Positions 12,497-25,713 of a DNA stretch of 64,000 nucleotides are shown here, piece after piece. Source of the DNA: Klebsormidium nitens (taxonomy: Eukaryota > Plantae > Klebsormidiophyceae). The notes beneath the pieces were generated by a model that had not been told where the DNA came from, searched no databases, and worked only from the letters and a program-made list of their open reading frames with translations. A program made the translations under genes and the position numbers. The stretch's first letter is position 1. Each line of letters begins with the position of its first letter. The stretch lies in the NCBI GenBank assembly GCA_000708835.1, contig DF236977.1, positions 124,001 through 188,000 of the forward strand. Reading direction: 5' to 3'.

Positions 12497-13203
12497 TGTG
12501 CTAGTGCTCCAGGTTAAGTGACAAAAATGAGGCGAAGGACGCTAACAAACTGTTAGAAACACGGGGACGAGTGGTAACTCTTTGAAATAGCTGATGAAGA
12601 AAATGTGACAACTGCGCATTAGCGGTGCCGGTACTCAAGGCCCCTGGCCGCAAACGCTGCCCCGTGAGAGTTGGCCCCTGCAGCAACTTTCAGTTTTCAG
12701 CAGCATTTACTTCAGGGGCCTTCTAGCACCACTCTGCCTTTCGAGCATCCGGCCAACAGCTTCCTTCTTCACCTGCAGCTCAGGCGGGCAAACACTTTGA
12801 AATGGAGCATTGGCAATGTGGACAAGACGAGCACCTTCCCGGCCTCTCTAGTCTACAGCAACTTGCTACACAAAGAGTACGGTAAGCGAAACTTCGAAAG
12901 GAGTGTCATGGATAAGATTGTCATCAAATCCTACATGTCGACTGTACAGCTTGGTGATAGTTGACACTCCCTACTGTTTAGGGTAACGCATAATCATTAA
13001 AGAAAGCCCTGGCCTGCACTATGAACTTTGATGGCACCCACACATTTGGGTGCCCAGCTGGCCGTTGTGTGGTTGTTTGGTTCCTTCACGAATTGCAGAG
13101 CCGGCAGAGGGCGACTGTCTCAAGCCAGCTAGCGCTGACATCAGGAGGAGTGAGAACGGATTTCAAGCGGCATTGCAGCTGAGGCTCTTCCTCGTTCCTC
13201 AAG

Positions 13204-16200
13204 ATGTCTGCCAGTGGGGTGGTTGCGCGCTGCCAGACGCAGTACAGCTGCTGCCATAGGTCTCAACAAAATGCACAATTGCGCATGCAATCAGGATGTC
13301 AAGCAACACCGGGTGGTGCGCTGCGCTTCCAGATCTTAGCGACCAAAGTGCCCAATTGCTGCAGCTTGCTGCAGGCGAGCGAGCGTAAGGCAGGCAAGAA
13401 AGTTAGCCAGCAGAGGTGGGGGAACAGAATGCTGGGGAGTGCCTGGCAAGCAAGGAGTAGAAACAGGGTGGGAATTGTACAAATGGGGATCAAGGCCGTC
13501 GAAAATTTCAACACCGATTTTGAGCTTGATTCTGTGGTGAGGAGTTCTGCTGGACATGTGTAACTTTCCGTCCGCACTTTGTTTGGCGCATCTCAGTTAT
13601 CTGATATCAGACAGTCTGCTCAATTATCGCCAGAGTACTGCAATTGTGAACATTACCTACTGCCACCACCAGCTGAAAGCATAGAATTAAGTGGCCGTTT
13701 CTCATGTGCCAAGGGTAAGCTCCTTGGATTCCTTAATGCAGATATGCACCACCACCACATCGCATACATCAAGCTGCCTTTTCCTGTATATGCCAAGACA
13801 CAGTGTGTTCTTTCTCAATGTTTGATTGCTCTGTCGCGATCCTTCCGGTTGCTTGAAGTGTCGGCCTACAGTCTTTCTTGAAGGTCTGCATGGTTGAGGA
13901 ATGTCTGCAATGACAGTGTGTAAGCTGCAGACAAACATCACGAGAGTTTCTTCTTTGCGCAGTCAGAGGAGCTTCTCCACAGTCTGCTTCGTTCAGATGT
14001 GTTTGCCGGTCAGGTAAGTTTGTCGAAGGGCCCCAATTGTGCAGTCTCCTTGTACAGCACATTTGCTCTAAAAACCTGAGAGCGGTCATATCTGGCACCA
14101 GTGAAAACCTGTCGCCGTAATCAATTGGCCATGCCAGCTTTCCATGACCCTCTACAAATGCCTCGAAGAGTCTTACTTTAGCACAGGCTTGGTTTGTTTG
14201 AAGTGGCGCGAGGTAGTCTGCACAACATGATTGTATCAGTGTGTTGCCCCTGCAGGTCGCAACTCAACCAGGGGTCCCTCCTGATTGCCAATGGGAGTTT
14301 TCTGGGATGCTCTTCCAACCTGTGCCATGGAGTGTCAACACAAAGTTTGGGATGCCACAGGTAAGCGGGATGCTCTTCCAAACAGAAGCTGTGAAGTCTC
14401 CTGACTTGGTAGGCATTTCAATGATATGCAGGTTATTTGAGTGCAGGCATCACTTCTCTGGCGCTCACCTGTGACATGTTTCTAGCGGTCACCTGCCATG
14501 GGTGACCGCTCTTCTTATTCGCTAAAGGAAGTGTGATTGCAAGCTTTCTCTGCTCGCCTTTCATACTTCATAGAGCCCTGCTACTCTCCAACCAGCACTC
14601 AGTAGACCTGAACGTTTGGCAGTCAGCGTCACTATGATAGAACCAAGGTCACTGTCGTTCCGCCGACGACAAGCAGGTGTGGATTCCTCGAGAGGTTCTT
14701 ATGACTCCCCACGTACCTTGTTGGCCACAAGCTTTGCACACGATTCTATGTGCAACAAACGGATTTCTGATTATTGCACATAGAGTCGTGTGCAAACCTT
14801 GTGGCCAAAAGATTGACAACCTCGCGACAACTCATTTCTGGAGTCCCGCAAAGTCATGACCGACTTTGTTGAGCCTTTCAAGCACATGCGCATACGTTCA
14901 AGCACACACCAGCATGGTTCGAACAGACGTCCCTTAGGCAATATTAATGGAACCGAAAGTCGTTGGGAGGTTCAGGATATAAACTGAGAAGCATTCGTAG
15001 ATGCGTCATGTTTTGCAGTGGTCTTCCTTGTTTTGCCAGAGCAGTACGTCTACTTAAGCTCTGAGCTGATACAGATATTCAGTCAGAAATCAGTGTTGCA
15101 GATATCAGTTTTGCAGTTATCTGACGGCCAGTCCAATATCAGGGTTGCAAAGACTGAGCCTGAACGAAAACCGAACTTGAAAGATATCTGTGAAAGATTC
15201 AGAACTGAGCGGGGAACTGTGATTATGTCGCCAACTTTTATCTGTACTACGCATCTGTCTTGTGCTGAAGTGACAGATCGTAGATGCTGCCTCCAATTCG
15301 ACAGTGTTGGTTAGTACAGGCCAAGTTGGTTCAAGCGTTCTCGAATCATGGTCGAATTGAGGCGCCTTACTTCGTTAAACCGGCAGACGAACCGGGGGGA
15401 AATCTGCTTTGATTCCGGTTCGAGGCCGAGCCATTGAGTTTGTCCCCGCTTTGTGGCCTGTTTGGAGCGGATGTGCCTGAGTGTTGACCGCTTCTTCGAG
15501 GCATTTGAACGTCTGTGCACCACTCTTTGCAGGAGTACGAGAAGTACTTGCAGGACAAGGAGAATTACGTCGTCCTGAACGTGCCTCCGAACTACATGTT
15601 TCAAGCAAAGGTAAGAGATACTCAATTTTGCTTACACTATTTGAGAATCACTCTCATGGTCGATGCAGCGTCTGAACGTCTGAACGTCTGAACGTCTGAA
15701 AACTTAGCCTCTTCTGAAACGGGTGGGCTGTACTTTGTTGAATCGTTTTCCACTAGAAAGAGCCAAATTCGGGAGACAGTCAGATCATCCTGGAAGTTAC
15801 AAAACATTTGGTTCTCCATCGAGATTGTTACGACTATGCGAGCAGTAGCCCTAACCGGGCACCGTGAGGTGTTTCAAATAGCTGGGGGCTCTGGGCAACA
15901 GATTCCGGAAGTCACAACAAAACCGCTGATTTAAAGGCGCCTGCACTCTCCACTTTGCGGGAACGCTTCCTCATAAGAGGTCTTCTGATCTACCCCCATA
16001 CTCTCACGCGATTATGGAGATGGTGGTTAAAAACGCGGCGCAACTTTTTCGGACGCGGTCTTGCCGACCTGCCTAGAGTGTTTGACAAGAGGAGCAGGAT
16101 AACTTGACTCCTGTGATGGACTCCGCTGAAAGGACTCTATTTGATTGTGGTTGGGCGTTCGAACCTGTTCCACAGTTGGGATATGCTGTGGCACTGGGCC

Positions 16201-16442
16201 CTTTTGGCCCCAAGCCTTGAACATGTCGAGCTGCAACTGCAATTTCTCTGTAATCACCACCCTAAGGATGCCTGCTTGCGAACAGCTTTAGAAATCAGTT
16301 CACCTGGACAATCATGTTTGTGACCGTCCATTAGCAGGCTGTCCTTAACGCTCTTAATTAGACCTACCTCCTGCAGATCTTTCGCCCCTCACGACTTTGC
16401 GCAATCTTCCAAAGAAAAGACAGCGGCACAAACGCAACATAG
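13204..16442 (+). CDS. Probable plastid-targeted protein of unknown function, about 6 exons
   Basis: The first exon is Ser/Arg/Gln-rich and transit-peptide-like. The later exons have GT-AG boundaries with consistent phases: ...IELSGRFSCAK / DKHHESFFFAQ...VFAGQ / VATQPGVPPDCQWEFSGMLFQPVPWSVNTKFGMPQ / EYEKYLQDKENYVVLNVPPNYMFQAK / IFRPSRLCAIFQRKD...*. The exon 1-2 junction is ambiguous and I do not recognise the family. Confidence 0.65.
15669..15700. repeat. Intronic 8-bp tandem repeat (CGTCTGAA x4)
   Basis: Four perfect copies read directly. Confidence 0.9.
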
Positions 16443-17339
16443 TCGCTTTTCGTCAACGCACACTGCCTGATTCCGGGAAACCCTGTTGCATTATTGTTCG
16501 AGTTAGAGCTTGGGAAACTTGAAAGGACTTCTCAAGTAAGTTGGTGTACGAAAACGGAGAGGGCGAGCGTGACCGTGCCTTGAAAGCTTATTGATGTGGA
16601 CGATATTGCTGGGCGAAAAGTATGTTGGACCGTCACTCAGTTCGTGCATCCGTCAAATGGTGGCGGTTGTTATTTCACTCGAACGAGTGCGCATTAGGAG
16701 ATCTGGTCTCTCGTGCCTTGATTGGTCTGTCTTAAGGTACATGACAGATACACGTGTATGCCACTTATTATATTCGTTTTGAACCGGACTTAAGCCAGAA
16801 TTTTCGGCAGGAAGGTTTGACTAGTTTTATTGTCAACATTCAAAGCCACGCTCAACTTCCACACAATGAAGTGGAAGCTTCTCAATTAATTCCTACAACA
16901 CAATAAACAAAATCATACGTAGTTGGCCAAGCTTCAAATCGATTTAGGTCCTCGATATAGCTGCCAAGTTGTCAGTGTCTTTTTGCGTGCATATGAATGC
17001 ATACATGTTGGGTTCCCAAGTTCCCATGATTATACCCGGCGATTTCTTCGGTACTGCTAAATGATCAAATCTTGTTTTGTCTTGCATGTGATGCGGAGGA
17101 GGGGCGGAGGAGTCATGTGGCAGACGGCTTCTCAGCTCTTTTGAGCTCATGTATCAGCACAACACGATAATTGCAGTGGCGCCCCTAAAACGATTATTCC
17201 GGAAAACACAAGATGCTCAATAAGCCTGACTCCTGACCATGGCAATCGCGCAATCGTCAGCTGGTAAGCTGGAGGCGGAGTCCCGTGCCGTAGCAGTGGG
17301 CCTGGCCGTCTTGCTCTCCCCTTCAATGCTCTCGAGTCT

Positions 17340-17870
17340 AGGTACCTAGCCAACTAATAGTACCCACAGCTACGGAATACGGTAGGTAGAGTACAGCTAC
17401 TACCGGTAGAGACCTAGCTACTACCTTAGGTACCTATTGCAAACCGTACACGGTATGATACCTACGCATAGGTACCGCAAACGTGCCTACGGTACCTACC
17501 TATGTCTTGTCGTATACGGTACCGGTATGGTACCTATACGGTAATAGGTAGGCACCCTGAAATCATGTCATGCCTACAGGCTACCGTACGTGGTTTGTAC
17601 CTATGCAGAGTAGGTACTAACCGGGAAGTTGGTACCGTAGTGGTGGGAAACCCCGAGATCCGGGGAGAAAGTACCACCGTGACGGTCCGGGTACCGTATG
17701 GCTCCATTTTGGCGCAATCTATAAAGTGGTACCTACCTTTGCAAGTACGGTACGTACCCTTAGCGCTGTGCCTGTCTTCCAGTACCAACCTCACATTAGG
17801 TACATACTAGGTACTGTACCAATAGGTAGGTACCTGCATAGGTAGATAGGTACCTAGGTACCGTAGTGCG
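17340..17870. repeat. GTAC / TA-CCG-TA / TA-GG-TA dense intergenic field
   Basis: About 26 GTAC by hand count in 530 bp, against about 2 expected by chance. Recurrent TACCGTA, TACGGTA, TAGGTA and TACCTA. Confidence 0.8.
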
Positions 17871-18835
17871 AATCTTGGCCCTTGCGTGCTCGGCACTGTA
17901 GTGTGCACACGCTGACAGTGCACACACTACTGAGCACATAGGGAGATCTTCTACCATCCATTTTGACGCCCTTCTCTCATCGAATCAGAATGCTTGATAG
18001 TGGACCGCCTCAAACTAAGAGGAATCTTGCACCGTCCACGTTGATGCGACTGGCACAAGCCCGAAGGAAACGACAACCAGTGGGTATAAAAGCTCCAACC
18101 GAATGTGCCAGTCAGAGAGGACAATCAACGACTTCACCTGAGGTGTAACATCACCCGAAAGCTTCCCGTATCGTTACGCAGTCCTCATTGACCGAAAATA
18201 ACCTCCAAGGGGGTCTGCTCCAAGTACCCACAAAGGGAGACCTTCGGTTCAGACTCGCGTTCCGTTCTGCAGCCAATGGGGTTTGAGCGTCGATGCTCCG
18301 TGAACGGAGCGCAACTCCTCCACACTTGTCACGCTCGTGCTGTAGCCTGTAGGTACCTACTCGAGAGTCAGCATGTACAAAAGCGTACATTTGCCATGCG
18401 GTCACCGGTGGCCAGTGTTCAACTGCTTGGTACGGTAGGTACCGTACTCGTCAGAGTTGGCATGTTTTGCACCCACCACCTGGGGGCGGCGACTGGATTC
18501 TGATTCTGTGTGCTTGATTCTGCTTCACTCGATTCTTGAGACGCTGCAAGCTGTGCCGCAGTTGTCGCCCGTACGTGCATGCTTGGGGCAAAGCAGGAGT
18601 GCCGTTGTCCGCCATTCAAGCTGGCAAGGGGACTCGTGCTTGTGTTGCAGCATTGCTTTTGAAAGGGTTTCTTGATGTTGACTACTCGATCACAGGTCCC
18701 TGAAAAGTTCATTGATGCACGTTCCGTAATTAGGTGTCCTTTGTAGTTAGCCCTAGGTTTTGGTTTCTTGGCTTTCTTTCTTCTTTCGAGTGGCCCGATC
18801 AACGGGGGAACGCCTGTTCCGCAGTCACGCCCAGT

Positions 18836-20890
18836 ATGCAGCAGAGCGAATCAGCAGACAGTCACCATGTCGAAGCCATGTTTGCAGACGGGAGCCCCAC
18901 ATCCTCTGCAACCTCTTTCCCAGCACTCAGTCGCGTAGTTGGGCCCCCTATGCTGCCAGGCTCTGCAGCTTTGCCCGCCACGGACTACTTGAAGTGCGAC
19001 GTCTGTCAGGTTAGTTTTGTGGCCCGGTCTTGCCAGGTCTGGAGAAGGAGAGGAGACAAGAGTTTGCGCTTTGGGGCTTGTTCATCTTGCGATAGTGCTT
19101 TCAACAATAATACTGGCTTTGTGCTTGGGTGCATGCTGTTGGCCAGCACCCTGTTTCTTGTGTGCCCCTTCCTCACTCTTCTGTCTGCCCGTGCAGGAAG
19201 CTCGTGCAATCCTGTTCTGCCCCCGAGACCGCTCGTGCTTCTGTCAGCAGTGCGACTTTGCCGCTCACGCAGGGGCTCAGTCCACAGCCTGCCACGAGCG
19301 ATACGCGTTAGCTCAGACAAAAATCACCCGCATGCCCCTTGAGAAGCCAGCTAGCATGCCTGTAGCGGCGTCCCTTCCCCAGCGGGTCCCCCCAGGGTGC
19401 ACTCCGTCTGATGAGGAGGCATTCCTGGTTGATGACTTGCTGGACCTTAGTGAGGCCAAGGGGGAGAGCAGAGTAGACAGCGCTTTCTCCCCAAGCCAGG
19501 AACAGCAAGGGCAGGTAGAACAGCAGAGGGAGCCTGAGAGGGAGCCCCCCTCAGCATCAGGGGCAACTTCATGGGACTCTGAGGAGGTTGGGGAGGTGGG
19601 GGATCTGTGCGACTTACCGGTGAGTCTATCTTAGAGCTGGGGTCTAGCTGGACAGGTGGTTAAGTTGTAAGCCTCGACAGGCAGGTTACTTGCTCAATCA
19701 CGAAAATGCTGCTGGATTGTACTTGGCATTGCCTTACTTGAGCAAGGCAGACATGGCAGCTGGTAGGAAGCTCAGGGTGTCCTACTATCCCCTAACGCAC
19801 CAGAGAAGAATCCTGCTGAGACAGCACAGCATTCCTTTGAGCCGTCGCTCGCTAAGTGTCTTTGGTCACCATCCGAGCACTGGGGCTGAGGCAGCCGTTG
19901 TACTTTGACAGGGGTGGATATTGATTGAAAGCCCACAGGGTGCTGGTTTGTCAGCTTTGCGAAGCCCTGGCCTCCTTCATTCAGTGCCCTCGTGGTTAGG
20001 TTGCAACAATGTGGGGCAGAGCAGGCCTTGAAGAAGTGCTTGCCATGAGTTTGTGGCAGGCTGTAGCTGGCTGGTGAATGCAATGCGCGCATTGCTCACA
20101 TCATGCTGACGTCACTATGCAGTGCGACGACCTTGCCGAGCTCGATTGGCTGTCCACGTTTGTGGAGAACTCCTACTCCAGCCCTGACGGTGTGCCGCTC
20201 TCGGCGCCTGATGGCGGGGGGGGCCTCGCTCAGGGGGCAGAGCACCCCCTCAAGGGCGTCGGCATGCGCAGCAAGCGGCAGCGGGCCAACCCAAGTCGCA
20301 CCTGGTCCGCTGAACTGCTCATTCCTCGAGATGACGACCTACCGAAACGCCCCAAGTTCAATCGCAGCTGGAGCACCAGTAACCTCGCTCGCCCCTCCAA
20401 ACCCTTCCATCGGTCGGCCATCCCCGAGGCTGCCAGCTGCTCTGACCTCTCTGCCCTCGAGAGGGCCTGCACTCAGTCCCAGGTCGGAATTGAGTGCGAG
20501 CCGGCCCCCCCTGAACCCCCTGCTGGCATTGCTGGTGCCAATTTCGAGCAGTTGCCCCACCCGCTGAGGCGGTGCCTCCACTGCGCCTCCACAAAGACCC
20601 CCCAGTGGCGGGCTGGCCCAATGGGTGTCAAGACGCTCTGCAATGCGTGCGGCGTCCGGTACAAATCAGGGCGGTTGGTGGCTGACTACCGGCCAGCGGG
20701 TTCGCCTGGATTTGCGGAGGGGAATGGGAACAAGCCCAACTATGGGGGAAAGGGGGCCCCGCCCTGCCCGCCGATTGCGAGGAAGAAGCTTCTGATTCCC
20801 AAGGCTGCACGCAGGATGGTGCCTAAGCCGAAGCGAGAGTTTGGAGTCGAAGAGTTGTCGGGGTATTCGTGCGACGAAATGGAGATGTAG
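18836..20890 (+). CDS. GATA transcription factor (class A/subfamily I) with an N-terminal B-box zinc finger, multi-exon
   Basis: Spliced B-box CDVCQ|EARAILFCPRDRSCFCQQCDFAAHAGAQSTACHERY. Class A motifs AFLVDDLLDLS and DDLAELDWLSTFVENS. GATA finger CLHCASTKTPQWRAGPMGVKTLCNACGVRYKSGRL. The start codon is uncertain. Confidence 0.88.
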
Positions 20891-22096
20891 GTCCCGGAGT
20901 TTCCCTGTGTGTTTGTGTGTCGTGTTAGTGTTCTTGGTAGTGTGCCCTTTAGGGGTGTAGACATTATTCTTTGTCGCGGGTGGGAGGGGAGCAAGTACGG
21001 GGCCTGTAGCTGCAGGCTGCTCCATGGACCAAGTTGAGGCGACCCCACTGACCGATCTGCGCCGCTGTGATCTGCGCATCTAGAGTAGTGTAGCCTTTGC
21101 TTCGTGCACATTGCACGCGGGCAGGGGCAGAATTTGCGTAGTTTGCGCGATCGGTAGCCTCACTGTGACTGTCCATGTAGTAGTAGGTCAAACATCTGAC
21201 TGCAACAGAGCCCCTGTGTAAGGCTCAAAGTGTTCTGGAGGTTGGGGAGGTAATGTACTTGACACAAACGTGTGACTGTATTTAGGTCGTTGTTGGGTCT
21301 CGGCTTGAGAAGCCTTGCATGATTGAACAGTCCTCCTCAACCCTCTTGTTGGTTGGTTGCATATAAACCAATGTGAAGCTGAATATGCTCGCGTCAATTC
21401 TCAGTTGCCCCTTCTATGCATACATTTTGGAACATGCATGCATGATCGTGAAACCTGCAATCTCATGCATACCTGTGCATTGCATGATCGGACGCATGTG
21501 TGCATTATCATTTGCAAGAATGGGACAATTGACTGAAAATTGCTGCATGCGAAATATACATGGACTCGGTTAGCATTATAAACAAACGCGGTCAGCAATT
21601 ATTCCCCTACAAACTGCTTGCAGAACAAACGTTTTCGATCATGATATTTGCCACCGTAAATCCGAAATGGCATGGTCATGATTCACGTCTATCTGACCAC
21701 AATTTATACAATTTGCCTGTCCAGCAGAGGAGTAACCATGTTTGGACGTGAACAAGACTCTATTGGGCCCGCCTCATCATGGCTGATGGAGAGAAAGTCA
21801 CCCTTCAACTCTCGCTTTGCCGGCAGCTTGCTCCACGCTTAAGAAAACATGCGAAATTGTGCTGATCTGACTGATCAGCAACGGAGCCAACGGAACTGAA
21901 TCAAAGCAGACCAACGAATGCAAGCTTACTCGCGGTGGATATCCAAAGCTCAGAAACCAGGCCTAAGGGGGTAAACAAGCCTTATCACGTTCTGCTTCGG
22001 AAGCTTTTTCACTGGGTTCTCCACACAGGGCTGACGATCCGAAGGGGACAATCATACAGATCATACTGCCCCTTCAACTCGAAAAACCGGTTTATT

Positions 22097-25082
22097 CTAG
22101 CGCCTGCTGTACACGGCTGGCTGATCCGAGGTTGGTTGGCTTTTGCGAGTGAACTTCAATAGCAGCGCTTCTATAGATTGGCCGGGTGTTTTCAACCCTC
22201 TGCAAGGAAGAGGGCCGGTGTCAGGACTGCATACTCCTGCTCAATGTCACCCAGTTTTCACTTCGAAGCTATAGTGTCTGGACGAAAACATAAACCACGA
22301 ACGAAGCATGCCCTCTGTGCTTTGCCAAGGAGCAGCGTGTCACTGACTGGCTTATTTCCGGAGTCTGCAGATACGGAACGTCGGATCCGGCTGGCTCCTT
22401 GCTCGTTCCTGCCCTAGTTTCCAAACAAAGCCAGACAGTCGCCAGGCCTTCCACGAGCATCAGAAGATCACAAAGGGGTATTGCGGGCTGGAATCGACAG
22501 TATTGCAGCCTCCCTTCTTCCCGATTGACTTCTGGGCAATCACAACGTCAGTCCATGAAGATCTTTTCTAAAATGGCACTACTAGAAAGAATTATTGAAC
22601 TCGTCTCCCCAGTTCTGACCTCTTTTGCATTTGATCATCAACGACACTCAGGATAGCTGCAAAGATGTCGGTTTTGAAACAGTCCCCGGAGACCGATGCT
22701 TTGAAAGACTCGGCGACTCACTTGAGGTACGGCTCCAGGTCTTCCCAGTGCCACCGTGGCTTCTGCTGGAATAACACGTCAAACCGCTCCGCAGGTTTCG
22801 CCGGCAGGAGCGCGGCGCTGAACGGCCGCAGCCACACCTCCCCCCCCACTTTCTCCTCCAGCGCTTCCCCCCTGAGTAAGCTGCGGTCCGGTTTCATCCC
22901 CACGGGCAGGTCCTGCGCCCACGCCTCCATAAAGTCCTCCAGCCGCCACTTCGACCCCGTTGCAGCCAGCAACTGCCGAGCTCGGTGGAGGCAGACCGTC
23001 TCTGAATGCAAGGCCCACACTTTCTCCGGTTTGCTTGAACCCCTTCCGGAACCTCCTGGCATGCCCCCGCCCCTCCGTTCTTCGTCAACATCCATGTCGG
23101 ACGGCTCCTCTGTAACATCAGCAGCAGCGTCTGTCTTTTCTTTCTCTCCCATTTGCCCCTCCCCACTCAGCCGTGCGCAGGTTCTAAGGCAGTGCCGGAC
23201 CATGTGTTTCGAGTAACCGTCCGAGTGCATTGCTGACACGAGCGGCTCCTCTGGGAGGGCGCTCAGGGGCCAGTCGTGTTCCACTGCCGTGCACAGGATC
23301 ATGTCCAGAAGCATCCGCATGTACTTCTCGTCCACCAGTCGCCACTTGCCGTTTACCTGAAACACGTTAACTGCTGATTGATCAACACCAGTTTCACTGC
23401 CATCCTTTGGATTAGAGCCATGCTAAAACAGACTTAGACTCATGGTAGCCTACTGTGGAGGATCGTACAGAGGCTTCACAAGCTCCGCAAGCCTTTCACA
23501 GGGACGAGTTTTGGTTCTATCATGTGATATCATGCCATTTGACACCTCGGGAGGGTTGAGCATTGGCTACCACTGAATTCCACCTCACAAAAGACTCGCA
23601 TCCTGCCAGTGCCGTTCCTGAGAATCACATCACGTGGTTGAGATAAGTCCTTCGTTCGTGATCTTTGACTTTTGAGCAGTGACTTGTGGCGACTTAGTGC
23701 AGAACTTATTCGAGAAGTCACAGCTCTTCCTCCTTATGCATTCAGATGGGAGAAGAGAATTGAAAAAGTGGTTTCCAAACTCAAACTCTTGCCTGGAGCG
23801 GCTACACCACTTGGTTCCTCACCTCTGCTGCATTCAACACCCTCAAAGCTTCCCGCAGCTCTTGTTCACTGGCCTGTACCCGCTCCAAAAGGTCCTCAAA
23901 CGAAAAAAGCTCCTGTGCTGATTCGGGTGGTGATTGTGGACCATCATCTTCGTCGATCGCTCCTGCCTCGATCTTCTCTTGCTCCAGCTCTTCTGCTTCA
24001 CTGTTCTGGACAGGAGGGCAGGCTTACGATGTCAGATTAGTGACAAGTATGGCATGGGCAAGTCCAAGATGTACGGCCACTTTGGCAGTACTGGTTGACA
24101 GGTTGCTTCTGGTCGTATGCCTTCATTGGACACTTTCTGACAGATAAGCCCGGGCGTATAGCTTCAATTAAAATACAGCAAGTCAACAATGTTTACTATT
24201 TTCTGAGTGGCAGGTTGACGATGCTTTAGCCCAATCATACTCTCTGCATAGAATGCAGTAGCGCTATCTAGACCTTGGCTTAAAGATGCATTCGAGTAAA
24301 TTCTTCCAGATCTGGACAGATTGGTTACACATGCCCATAGGTAGCTCCAATTGGCTACAGTCATTTCCCCCAAAAAGTCCTGTGACATTGAGAATATCTC
24401 CTGGTGTGCGCTCAAGATGCCAATGCTGGCAGTAGTGTAAAGTCACAACTCTGAGAGAAACCGGTCAACACTATCTGAAGTATCTCACCTGATCATACCG
24501 ATTTCTGCTCAGCAAGGTTTTCAAAGTGTCCAGTTTTGGTGCAGTCTCTACCAACTCCAAGTACCCCGGGGCTGCGAATGTGACCAATGCTTGCGCCCCT
24601 GTCCAGCTCCCACGACTGCCTCTGGACTCCTTTTGAGATTCCTCGGGCATAATGAACATGGTGTTTGAACTGCCCACAAACTTGACGGCATACGTCTTGC
24701 TCGAGGTGCAAAGTACGGCTTCTTCCTCTGGCTCTCCCTTGATGTGGACACTGCAAGAGTCAGCAAAGAGCTTCAACTTGTGCAGATCGGGATCAGAATG
24801 TTGGAGAATCAGACCTAGACAGATGTAACTCTCTACATGGCTTTCAAATGATTGATCTCGTCTTTTACAAAGAGCATGGTTTGATTGAAAGTGACTTCTG
24901 CCTTACTTCCAACATCCATAATTGCTCCTTTTATGTGAATTAGATGCACGCGCCGTACATGCTTACCCATTTCGCAGCATCTCCTGCAGAATGTTCTCCT
25001 CCAGCTCCACCAGATGCAGGTCGTCTGTTCCAAACGCAGGGCCATAGGCAACCTCCACTTCTTCCCCAGGCCGCAACTTCAT
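22097..25082 (-). CDS. DCC1: Sister chromatid cohesion protein DCC1 (CTF18-RFC subunit), multi-exon
   Basis: Motifs IKGEPEEEAVLCTSSKTYAVKFVGSSN, LRGEAL and AERFDVLFQQKPRWHWEDLEPYL. The last exon KGLKTPGQSIEALLLKFTRKSQP...* ends at 22097. Confidence 0.9.
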
Positions 25083-25292
25083 AACTGGCGGCCGGTCCTA
25101 GTTTGGTGCATAAACTGGTCCTTACTTTCTGATTTGAGAGATCGAAGAAAGAGCAGCTCTTCTTGCGGCGCCTACTTCTTCCGCGTCTCCAGCCTCCAGG
25201 TCCCCATCATCTGTTTCTTCCTTCTGCTACCTATACATGGCCAATTGAGCTGTCAACAAAGGTCATGATCAAAGTCAAGCACAAGTTGAACA

Positions 25293-25300
25293 TTTCCCGC
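25293..25300 (+). promoter_or_regulatory. E2F consensus site in the DCC1/GCP3 divergent promoter
   Basis: Perfect TTTCCCGC between the two start codons (25082 and 25714). Confidence 0.5.
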
Positions 25301-25713
25301 CATATCCAAACCCCGCAAACCCTGAACCGTACGATGTGCAATCGGACGACCCAGAACACACATGTTGCGTCGGACTATGCCAGTGGCAGGCTCGCGGGTT
25401 ACTTCTGCAACACCGCGACTCTGCAGCTATCCTAGCCTGTTGAAGGAATCGTGGGCGCACCTCAAGGCTCACCTAAGCCTAATCGAGGCTGGAGGTGGTG
25501 CCAGCAAAGATCATTTTGAGGGAAAAGTCAGGCTGCTCAAACGTGGCTTTCCTCCATTCCTTTTGAGAGTCATTCTTTGCAGAGTGGTGCAGCGTGCTGC
25601 ATTCAGCTGTTGACTTGGCACAGGAGTATGGGGGCCAGCAAACGATGACCTCCAGATTGCGGGTGTTGCAGCGCTTGCACCTGAATTAGAGCCAAATCCT
25701 ATTCTGGTGAAAG

